Shown here in pieces: positions 21,029 through 32,325 of a DNA stretch of 51,888 bases. The DNA is from Octopus bimaculoides (taxonomy: Eukaryota). The notes under the pieces were generated by a model. The model made no database searches. It was not told where the DNA came from and saw only the letters and a program-made list of their open reading frames with translations. The translations under genes and the position numbers were made by a program. The stretch's first letter is position 1, and every line of letters starts with the position of its first letter. The DNA lies in contig NC_068991.1 of NCBI RefSeq assembly GCF_001194135.2, positions 53,338,459 through 53,390,346 on the forward strand, in the 5' to 3' direction.

Positions 21029-22149
21029 AAAAGATAAAAGAAATTAACTCTTAGTTGTAGGGGCAGTCTGTTCCCCCCTACCCCATTCTCTAACCTCTTT
21101 CATTGCTATAAATCTTCGTTACCTTCCTACCCACGCCTGGCATCACTATAATTTCTCCTATAATAATTCCAAACTGAACAAACAAATTCATTTTTATGAC
21201 ATGCCCTGGTCATACAATCATGAAGTGGCCACAAACTGTTGGCTTTTGAATGTTTTTGAATGTTGTGATCCATGTATTCATCTGATGAAAATGGTTTTTT
21301 GTAATGATATAATTTCTCAATTAATCAATTGAAAACTCATTGGAAACAGCTGTAGTGGACTGACGCATTATCCATCTATTGTTATTTACTTATTTATCAT
21401 TTACCTCACTTGGAACCTGCTACTTGTGTGGATCTAAAGTATATTATGTGCAATTTAGTGTCATATATATATATATGTATATATATGTGTGTGTGTGCAT
21501 ATATATGTGTGTGTGTGTGTATATATGTGTGTATATATATGTGTATATNNNNNNNNNNNNNNNNNNNNNNNNNNNNNNNNNNNNNNNNNNNNNNNNNNNN
21601 NNNNNNNNNNNNNNNNNNNNNNNNNNNNNNNNNNNNNNNNNNNNNNNNGTCACATATTTTAATTCATCTAAAAAAAAATTTCGCTTACACCTAAACACTG
21701 CTTGGTGCTGATACTGGTGGATATATATATATATACATATATAAAGTTAAAAGGACTAGCAATAAATTGAAAGCAAAAGTGAATTTCCAATAATATTTAT
21801 TTGATTTAAAAACATTCACTCAAAAGTTGTAATGCTGTAGTTTGTAGATTATCTCCCTCTAACTGTACAACAATGCCACTTATAAGTTATTGTTGTCATG
21901 TAAATATTCATCTAGATTAATTAGCTGTTGCTATGGAAACCACTCTATCATCCTTGCCACTTAGCCCACTTTCAACCCCTTTTTCACACTTTTCTTCTTC
22001 CCCTCTTCCTTTATTTCATTTAAAACTGTTCTTTCTTATTCTCGCCACGACCACCCTTTTATAACAATAAATCTGTTGCTTTCATCATACTGATCTTCTG
22101 GTCTCTGAACTTGTCATCTCCTCTTGTGCTGATGTCATGAAAAGCTACC

Positions 22150-22380
22150 TAGGCAGAAGTCCAGGCAAGGTTGTCTGTGGGAGACCAGCAGTCGCCCATG
22201 CATACCAGCCTCCTATCTCCATGTCACCAATGTTATACAAAGGAAAGGCAAAGGCCGATACAGCTTAGCATCAATGACATCAGATAAGTGAACTGGAGCA
22301 ATGTGAACACACTGCCTGGTCTGGAAATCGAACTCACAACTTCTTGATTGTAAGCTTGATGTCCTGACCACTGAGCCACA
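22150..22380 (-). mobile_element. tRNA-derived SINE, family C/D-like
   Basis: Reverse strand: gtggctcagtggtcagg (A box)...gttgtgagttcgatttcc (B box)...cacattgctccagttcactt...ggcgactgctggtctcccacagacaaccttgcc. Confidence 0.65.
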
Positions 22381-22404
22381 ACTCTAATATAAGGCTGTTA
22401 GATG

Positions 22405-22462
<58 letters not shown>

Positions 22463-22929
22463 GATTGGAGTAAGGTAATCAGGTGGGTACTGCTTGAACA
22501 CTCATTTATAATCCAAGTTGTGGCTAACCACATTGAGAGGTAAGAAGCACTGAGGATTACTTGAGGCAAGCAATCCCAATATATCTCATCCAATGGGTTA
22601 ATCAGCTTTTATAGTTGTATCGGGTTTCCAAATTTTCCACTCATGCTCTTTGCACTGAGGAAGTATAGTTACCTATCAAGTATAATGTTAGCTAAACCTA
22701 AATACCTTTAGTTCGCTGCAGACCATGTCAGTGGCAGGACCTTGAATAAAGTTGCATAGACTAATAACCAGAGGAATGTAACTGAGTGCAACTGCCTATT
22801 TGCAAGATGACTATGTTGCAGAAACATCCTTTGGACACATTTAAATCAAATATACTATATAAGTGATTGTAGAAATAAAAAGAATATGTGAATGTATTAA
22901 TCTCCATATTCATTGTAATTGTCATATAT

Positions 22930-23218
22930 ATAGTGGCTGTGTGATTAGTAGCTTGCTTACCAACCACATTGTTCCGGGTTCAGTCCCATTGCGTGGCACC
23001 TTGGGCAAGTGTCTTCTACTATAGCCTCGGGCCGACCAAGGCCTTGTGAGTGGATTTGGTAGACGGAAACTGAAAGAAGCCCGTCGTATATACATGTGTG
23101 TATATGTTTGCGTGTCTGTGTTTGTCCCCCCAACATCGCTTGACAACCGATGCTGGTGTGTTTACATCCCCGTAACTTAGCGGTTCGGCAAAAGAGACCG
23201 ATAGAATAAGTACTAGGC
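22930..23218 (+). mobile_element. Young SINE family A copy running into a gap
   Basis: gtggctgtgtg...ccgggttcagtcccattgcgtggcaccttgggcaagtgtcttctactatagcctcgggccgacc...gcggttcggcaaaagagaccgatagaataagtactaggc. Further copies at ~14185-14345(-), 15667-15905(+), 19720-19870(-), 26140-26275(-), 33285-33480(+), 34150-34600(-), 35835-35940(+), 38860-39030(+), 42930-43300(-), 46655-46900(+), 47190-47280(-), 47500-47730(-). Confidence 0.88.
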
Positions 23219-23864
23219 NNNNNNNNNNNNNNNNNNNNNNNNNNNNNNNNNNNNNNNNNNNNNNNNNNNNNNNNNNNNNNNNNNNNNNNNNNNNNNNNNN
23301 NNNNNNNNNNNNNNNNNNNNNNNNNNNNNNNNNNNNNNNNNNNNNNNNNNNNNNNNNNNNNNNNNNNNNNNNNNNNNNNNNNNNNNNNNNNNNNNNNNNN
23401 NNNNNNNNNNNNNNNNNNNNNNNNNNNNNNNNNNNNNNNNNNNNNNNNNNNNNNNNNNNNNNNNNNNNNNNNNNNNNNNNNNNNNNNNNNNNNNNNNNNA
23501 TATATATATACACATATATATATATATATGTATATAAACATTTTAAACAAAGTTGTGCTCTTAATGTGTACATGAGTTCCTAACATGTTGAAGATACATA
23601 TGTTTGCAACTGCAAGCAGTCCTCATGGCAGCAGTTGTAGTTTGCAGTAGTGTAAAGATGCTAATTGTATGATGAAGATGGAAGTTTCCCTTCAGCGGGG
23701 TGGATTACACTTCCTTCGACTGCCTCATAACTAATGTCTGAAACTACTAATCTAACGCACTTTAATTACCATATTTGTCAGTGTAGACACACCCATATTT
23801 TATAAGTGTATTTTGTGGAAAAAGGAATTCAATATGTTTCATCGTATACTTATTGAAAGATATT

Positions 23865-24299
23865 TTAGTCCCTATAACATTTAAACTGGTCATATCTGGC
23901 CAAAATAATCTACCTGTTTTATCTTCAAACTGGCTAGATTCAGCCTTTTGCACTTACCTTGCAATATTATTCCAAAAATACACAAACACACCACTGAAAT
24001 CTCAAAGCTATAAAGTAATGCATGACTAATTCATATCGATGTGAATAAATAAGCTTTACATTTGACTGTGTAATCTGAATGCTAAAGGGTTAAACCAGCT
24101 GTATCCAGTCCAAATATTCTACCTGTTTTATGTTCAAACTGGCCAGATCCAGCCTTTCACACATACCTTACAATATTATTCTAAAAATAAACAGTTAAAT
24201 CAAAATCTTGAAGCTACAAGATAGTACATGATTAATTAGAAACAGTCTAAATAAATAAGCATTATATTTGGCAGAGTAATCTGAATGATGAAAGGTTAA
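23865..24299. mobile_element. piggyBac-like MITE (ends aaagggTTAA) with a tandem second copy
   Basis: Two ~210-bp related units (23880-24093, 24093-24299), each ending gtaatctgaatg(c/a)t(a/g)aa(g/a)ggttaa; degenerate left end ttagtccctataacatt. Confidence 0.6.
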
Positions 24300-25218
24300 A
24301 ATAGTTTTGTTTGGATAACTACATGATTCTATACAAGAAAATACAATGCTGTGGCAGCATACTGGAACGAAGTATGAAACCATAAATTTATCATAAATAA
24401 ACCACTTTATATGAGTACTGTATTTCAACTTTATCTTGTTTCAGACCAACTGTGTAATTATTCATATTTTGGTCGAGAGAATTACCATATAAGATGTAAA
24501 ACTTGTATTTCTGGCTGTGATGTTTCATGTAACTGCAATCGACCATTAATGTGGTATACCATTGTTACAGCTTTCTTGCTAACTACTCATTGTTAAGTAG
24601 ATGAGAGATGGATGAAAGTTTGTTAACATTCCTTTCATCTTTTTAAGAGAATGTTTCATTTAAGCAATTAAAAAAAATATATATATATTGTAAAAGTAAC
24701 AGAACCATTGAATAATGTAAGACAAATCTCAGGTGCAGGTTGTGTCTGATGAGGTATAAAAAGATGATATGACCTCCCTACATAATTGCTGATGTAACAT
24801 AAGCAATGTTTCATAAGTTTGTGCTAACAGACTGTGATATTTTGGCTTGTTCTCAGTATTTTATTATTAGTCACAGTTATGGTGCCAAGTGGGTTTATGC
24901 TAAGCCAGCTCTCCCCTTGTTTGCAAATCTGTAATATGGCCACATTAGTTGCAGGGCAAGTTTTTGATACGTTAGAAAATAAAAAAGAAGTGTGCCTTGT
25001 ATGCCAACAGATATATCACTTTAGAAGCTTTATTTTAGACGACTACATCAATTATTAGGACATTCGGTGTCAGGTCAAGTGAATATTTTCCAGTTTAACC
25101 AAACTGACAGTTATAATGTTTATAGAAAATTGGCTGTCATGTTTGCAGTGAGTTAGACTCCACTGAAGGCACACAGTTATCAGTGTTACCACTTGGAAGA
25201 GCTAAAAGCCCTCTAAGG

Positions 25219-25520
25219 CAGTGCTACTCAAAGTGGTGGTCTGCGGACCGGTGCTGGTCTGCGAGCCATCAGCTGCCGGTACGCTGTGAATTTCCAGAAA
25301 AGAAAGAAACATTATAAAATGCTTATGTAATATTGTATTTTTTGTTTACAAAATAAATATGTGAATAAAAAAAAATGTCAACTTTTATTATAATCATTAT
25401 ATATATTGTTTCCGGTGTAAATTAATATTACTAAGAAATACTACCAGTCCCTGGCACATTGGTAAAAAAAAACAAAAAAAAACTGCCTGTACGCTACATC
25501 AGATAATTTGAGAAGTACTG
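25219..25520. mobile_element. hAT (Charlie/MER5-like) MITE
   Basis: TIRs cagtgctactcaaagt / aatttgagaagtactg; perfect 8-bp TSD ctctaagg at 25211-25218 and 25521-25528. Confidence 0.88.
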
Positions 25521-26083
25521 CTCTAAGGGACTTCTTGAAAATAACCTATCAAGCTTGTGTTTTACACTCAGAGATGTTGTACAGAATAAACTGTAGAAGT
25601 AGTGAAATAAACAGTATCTGCTGTTATCTTTGATGCTTGTTGATGGCTTGCTGGGTAAGATACAGTGTTTATAGGCTACATATAGCAACCAATGTGGAAA
25701 ACAGGAAGAAGAACCATGGGAATCAACCCCAGTTCCATGGAATTGTCATTGTTTTAATATTCACTTTTCCATGCTTGCATTTGTCAGATAAAATTCATTG
25801 AGACAGATTTTCTATGGCAGAATACCCTTCCTGACACCAACCTTCATCAGTTTCCAAGCAAGATAATATTTCCCTAAGACTTGGCATGTTTTTATGGAAT
25901 ATTGGTCACTAAGGCTACTGCTTGTATGATGGTAATACTCATTTACAACTATCACCCAAAGAGACACATCCACACATGCACTCATACATACATACGTATA
26001 TATATATATATATACATACATACATATATTCTGCTAGCATGGAAGGCGGACGTTAAACGATGATGATGATGATGATGATGATG

Positions 26084-26140
<57 letters not shown>

Positions 26141-29100
26141 GTTTTGTCTCACAAATCTTTAGTCGGTCTAGCGTTATAGTAGAAGCCACTTGCCTGAGGT
26201 GTCATGCAGTGGACTTGAACTCAAAACTACCTGGTTTGTGAAGTGAAGCTCGTAACATCGCAACCATGCCAACAACTATTGTGTTGTAAAATATTCCTTA
26301 AGCAAGAAATGCTATCTGTAAGTTGGATAAAAACAAAATGACCAGATACCACATTATAAAGAGGAAATGTTAGAAGACTGATGTGCCTTCGTATATTCTT
26401 TCAAACAACTTTCACATTAGCATCTATGTGGCTGCTTGAGTGGTTAGAAATAGCACCCAGATCTCCCTCAATTCACACATAACTGCCTTCAAAGAGGAAA
26501 CCACGACTGTCCCATCATTTTCAACCGCACATGGTATTTCTATCTATTGTAGCCCTAGAGAACTATGACTAAAATTGCTAGGACAGTCAACCTTAGAGGT
26601 ACTCTGACTGAATCTGGTCGGATGGTCCGCCCTGGAGGTATTATGTCTGACTGAAAATGGTAAGATGGTCAAGATTTGAATGTTTTTGACTATTGGTCTG
26701 TTTGTCCTCAAGTTAAACAACAATGACAACAGCATTCACATGCCCTTCAGGATAACAACCTACAGTAGAAATTATTATGTACACACACATACATACACAC
26801 ACATTTATCACACATGCTCGCTACTATTGGTGAGGTTTTCCCTCACTAGTCCATCACCACCACTGTTACTGCTGCTATTGTTGTCATCTCTGACATCAAT
26901 TACAGCTGTACTTTAGCAACTGTATAGATCTTCTAAACCAGTTCTTTTTCTGTTTTCATGCTTGTGGAAAATACTGGGTATTGATCTGTTACCATTAGGA
27001 GCAGCAGGGGTAGTGTCTGGATAAAGAGCTCACTGACTGACTGCATCATCATCATTATTATTATTATTCAAACACAGCCCACTACCACTACTACAATTAC
27101 TACTACTATCACAATGCAACAGCAACAAGCTAAAATAGGTTTTGTTCCACATCAGACAATCTTTTAAGCTAATAATAACTGCTAACCTTATTACTCACAC
27201 TTCAATTATTAACCACCTGGTGTTAATATGTTTAGTAATCATTTTTGACTAACTTTTATTACAACTTATCCCATTTGATAGAAGCTGGGTTATTTTTTTT
27301 TGTTATTATCTCTTGATATTTCCATATCTTTAGCTGAACTTTTTAATCCTCTTTTAGTTGTCATAATCAGTTTGTTGATATCTATGGAAAATTCGTGTTC
27401 AATGACATTAGGAAAATATGTTTTTGTCAGTTAATAAGTTCTTCCTATTGACAATATAATTAAGGTAGGCCAACATATTTTGTTGTGTACCTGAACATGG
27501 TGTTACACTCTCATCTGGTTTTCTGGTCAGCGACACTTCAAATCAACAAGCTGTCATACTTCTCTTTTATTCTGGGTTTAGTTTGAGTATATTTTTTATG
27601 TATTTTGTTTTATATATTGCTTTCACAGGAAATTTTATTCTTTTGTGAATTTTTTTTTTCCAAGATAGATTATCTTCATTATCTACTTACATTTCCTTTA
27701 ACGATAACATGACTAGTTTGAGCTGAGTGTATTATAATGTTCAGTTTAAATTAAACTATCAGTAAATAATTCACAGCTATTGTTTACAGTAACCTGGAGG
27801 ATTTTGTTTTTATTTCATTTATATTTGGAAAATTTTGATCCAGAAGAAGCTAGAAAGAGAATTGTTTCATGTTTTCAGGCATTAAAACATTCAGCTTGCT
27901 GTTTAAAATTTCACAATTTCAACTTTAAAAAAAAAAAAGTTTGATTTGAGATTAGACAAAATCTTGATGTTATTTAAAAGTTTCAATATATTAAAATATT
28001 GTATTCCAATTTTATTCCATTTTATTATTTTGCCATTATTTCTTAATTTCCGGCCTGTCTTAAAAGAGTTAATGGATTTTTGAAGAAATGAGATTCGAAG
28101 CACTTAGAAATTTATGTGATTATTTTTTAAAACAAAACCCAATTTCCCTGTTTAACCATGGTGAAATTAAGTACAAATTAAACTTGTTATTTGCTGTGAC
28201 TAGTACAAACAAACAAGATAATGAACCGGTTACCACCCAACCATAGATAAAGTGGCGGAAGTTGAATCTACTTTAATAAATTAAGTTATTGTTCTGGTCG
28301 TTTAGCTCTGTTTATCAAGATGGATTTGCGTGTAGCATTCTTTCTTTCACCTGAAACACTGTGGAGTAGCTGGGATTACTTGCTGGATGAGCAGCAGTGT
28401 TTCTGCTACTATATTTAATGACAACAACAAACATGGATGGACTGGATACTCCAACACAAACTTTCTATAGTTCTCAATGTAGAGCTACCATTCGTCTTGT
28501 TGATTAGATTCACATCAGTGATCCCACAACATATCTCAGTGTCCATTATGGGGGATAATGAGGCTTCATCTATATTGTTGTCTCCTTGTCAGTGAGTATC
28601 TCTTTATTTCATGATCGTTATTATTATTTATTTATTGACATGAATATTTCATAAAGCTGTTTATAAATAGCAGTCTCAGATTGATTTGTATTGTACACTC
28701 TGCATTTCATCGTTGGGGTAAATTGGATATAGTGTGTGCGTGTATATGTTAAAGGAAACAAAACCAGTTGAGTAAATTTTTCATGAAGAGGAAATATAAA
28801 TTCTAATAAATATATTACAGTACTGTTTGTCGCAATAGATTCCTTCCCTTACATAAAGTTTGGGTGTATGCATATATCTCTGTTTGCATTATTGTATCTG
28901 TGTATGGATGAATGAATATATGCCTGTATATATGTATGGATAGTTGTAAGTATTCATGTAGTTATGTTGTATAGTTGTAAGTATGCAAATGTGTGTGTAT
29001 ATGTTTATATGTATTTGTGTGTATTTATGTGTGTGTGTGTGTGTGTATGTATGCTTGACATGTGATGGTTTTAAGCGAAGCTCACTGTCATTACAAGCAA

Positions 29101-29648
29101 TGTTGTTCATGTTCATTTTTCCTTGTAAAACATGCTTCAGGAATATTACTTGGCTTAGAAGCAGGTGAGGGTTGGTGACAGGAAGGGCATCTGGCCTTAG
29201 AAAATTTGCCTCACCTGAGTTCTGTCTGACCCATGCAAGCATGGAAAAGGGATGTGTGTTTCTACATTGTATACAATGTAAAAAAACACAAATTTATGAG
29301 ATTTACACACTGCTTTTACCAGTGATGTACCTGAAGTTTCTGCACAAGTGGTCTTATTGTATGTATATGTATCTGTGTGTGTGTGTGTGTGTGCGTATGT
29401 ATATATATATATATCTATCTAGTTATCCATATATATATAAAAACTCAAATATGGGTACAAACTGTTAACCCCCCACCCCCATTTTTTTCTTTGTGACTCT
29501 CCCCAAAATTCTTTCTAATATTTGATAAGATGAATACATCAAAACTGGTTATATTTTATTAAACATTCTCTAAAATATACTTCTGTGACTTTTCCAACTT
29601 TATCTTTTTAACTATATACATATATATATACACACACACACACATATA

Positions 29649-29703
<55 letters not shown>

Positions 29704-29825
29704 TACATACGTATATCCTTAGCAATGTATGTATATAGATTTGTATGTGTATATATATTTACATATATACTTGTATATATATATGTGTGTGTGTGTGTAT
29801 ATGTATGTAAAGGTATATGTACATG

Positions 29826-30091
29826 TATTGGGTTGTCCGGGAAAGTTCATGCTGATTTTTAAAGGGAAGAAAAAAGTTAATAAATACTTGCCATTACATT
29901 TTTAATCAACAAAAAAACACATATATATATATTTTTAATCAACCAAATATGAACCATTTTGTTGCACAATGCGTCTCTATCTTTCCTTTAATTTGAAAAT
30001 ACCCTCTTCCCAGAATTGAGGTGGTTTCATGGCAAATAAGTTGAAAGGTAAGCTACTATAAATCGGCATGAACTTTCCAGACAACCCAATA
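29826..30091 (-). mobile_element. Internally deleted mariner (MITE)
   Basis: TIRs tattgggttgtccgggaaagttcatgctgattt / aaatcggcatgaactttccagacaacccaata with TA ends; reverse strand keeps the transposase C-terminus PQFWEEGIFKLKER*RRIVQQNGSYLVD* (~29935-30020). Confidence 0.88.
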
Positions 30092-31060
30092 GATATAAGT
30101 ATGCTTCCCTTTTGGTTTTATATTGTGTGTAGCCACCTTTATTATTTTAGATATAAGTATGTATATGTGTGTGTATTTATTTTTATTTATGTATGTATAG
30201 ATTGAAACAGCAAACAGTAATTTTGCTGAACTGGTGTATTTCACAACCTTTATCACTAAAGTGAATTTCTTTCCAAAAACAATTTCCACAGCAAGGGTGT
30301 TTCCATATATAAGTTTACAACTGTGTTAAACATAATTGTATCCACATACATTTTATTCAATGCTGCTTAGTGTGCATCTAGTTAATTAGTAACAGCTTGA
30401 CAAAGTTTTGCACATGTCAGCAAATTTACTATTTGCCCTTTAAATATAAGAATAGCAGCTCTTATTGAGCTATACACACTCGATTTGGTGACAAAGTTTA
30501 ATAATACACAGATGTGTCCTACAATTGAATGACATTATTCATGGCATAGTGATGTGTTTTCTACATACATTGTCACTAAGGTGAATTTTTTTCCCAAGGC
30601 GGTTTCCACTATTGAATGTACATGGAACATGTTAAACATAATCGAGTATGTTGATGAATTGTACACACCTATATTTCACTCAACATTGCTTAGTGTTCCT
30701 TAGTATAATATATTTTGCTAGGGGTGGTGAGCTGGCAGAGTTGTTACCATGCTGTGCAAAATGTTTAGTGGCATTTTGTCTGTCTTTATGTTCTGATTTC
30801 AAATACTGCTGAGGTCATCTTTGCTTTCGTCCTTTCGGGGTTGATAAAATAAGCACCAGTTGAGTACTGGGATTGATGTAATATAACTTAACCCCTCTTC
30901 TGAAATTTCTGGCCTTGTGCCAAAATTCGAAACCAATACAGTATATTGTTCATATATTCATTGCACACTCATCCAAACCTCCTATATCTATGCAGCCAAT
31001 TCTCTCTGTCATTCTTGTATGTTGGAATTTCTTACACCTTGGATTACCATTTCTTGCACC

Positions 31061-32325
31061 TATAAGGGTCAGCTGAAAAGTTCATAGCCTCCAAGATACT
31101 CTCATGGAATGTGACCAAATGAGGTTTATTTTTCAACACAGTCTCTCTTGTGGTCAATACACTTCTTCTATCTGTGTTGCAGTGCTTGAATCCCATTGGG
31201 GAAGAAGCTTTCATCTTGTTGGTCAAAAAAGTCATCAACAGCAGATATGATATTAGTTCCCACTATCACTATGATATTGGTTCCCAGCCAAGTGTTGTTT
31301 CATGTTGGGGAACAGATGATTGTCATATGGGGGCCAAATCAGGAGAATAGGGAGGGTGATCAACCAGTTCAAAGCCGCAGTCATGCAGAGTAGCCATTGA
31401 AAGCATGGACATGTGTGCTGAAACATTTTGCCTGATGAAACAAGATCCCTTTCCTTAGTTTTCCTGAGAGTTTGGTCTTGATAGACTTTCATAACTGTCT
31501 CAGTAAGTTGGCATAGTACTCTCCATTGATGGTTTGGCCTTTTTTAAGATAGTCAGTAAACACAGTGCCTTTTGCATCCCAAAACAGAGGCCATCACTTT
31601 TCCTGCAGTTGAAACAACCTTTGGAGCAGTTGAGGAGGGGTGTTTCCACTGCATGGGTTGTCTCTTTGTCTCTGGCTCAAAGTAATGAACCCAACACTTA
31701 TCCTCACTTAGGAAAACCAGCTGTCTCAAACAATATAAGATTTTCCATTGATGTGATTAGCCTGGTGTGCTTTTGATCAGGTGTCAGATGTACCTACTGA
31801 CCAGAAACGTTCATTATGCCAAGTTCATTGTGCAGAATATTCTCAACTCTCTCACGGAATGTGTTAATAGCATTAGTTATTGTCAATTGCCTGTCATCCA
31901 TCACCATGTGGTGAACACGATCAATGTTTTCCTTGATAGTGGCACTTGCAAGACGTCCAGACATTGGGTCATCTTCAAGACCTTCCCTTCCTCTCCTAAA
32001 TTCAGCTGCCCATTTCTGCACTGTTGGCAAAGCTTGAGTATCATCCCCCTAATATAGCAACCAGGATAACATGAATGTCCTTGGGGGGCTAAACCCTTTT
32101 TCTGCAGGTACTTGATAAGACCACGATGCCAAATTTGATCCATTTTCAAGTGAAGCCACTACTAGTTACTTTCAAAGTTTTCTTTAAACAGTCAGATATC
32201 AGTTTACCTGGGAAGAAACAATGAATGTATTAATAAGAAGCATTGAAATTAACGCATGCAAGATTTCACAACTCTAGCATCACTCCTTCATAGTCAGCCT
32301 ATGAACTTTTCAGCCCACCCTCATA
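31061..32325 (-). mobile_element. Full-length (1265 bp) defective mariner transposon
   Basis: 30-bp imperfect TIRs tataagggtcagctgaaaagttcatagcct / agcctatgaacttttcagcccaccctcata; frameshifted transposase MDQIWHRGLIKYLQKKGLAP, TVQKWAAEFRRGREGLEDDPMSGR, YDNHLFPNMKQHLAG (YSPDLAP-region remnant). Confidence 0.92.

Noticed and set aside
21200-21330. Possible mariner catalytic-domain fragment on the minus strand
   Set aside because: Only a vague SDE-like match; no TIR or second motif.
24834-25058. 74-aa ORF with a signal-peptide-like N-terminus
   Set aside because: Starts at GTG, has no clean donor (gtcaagt) and no recognisable family; hydrophobicity is expected from T-rich DNA.
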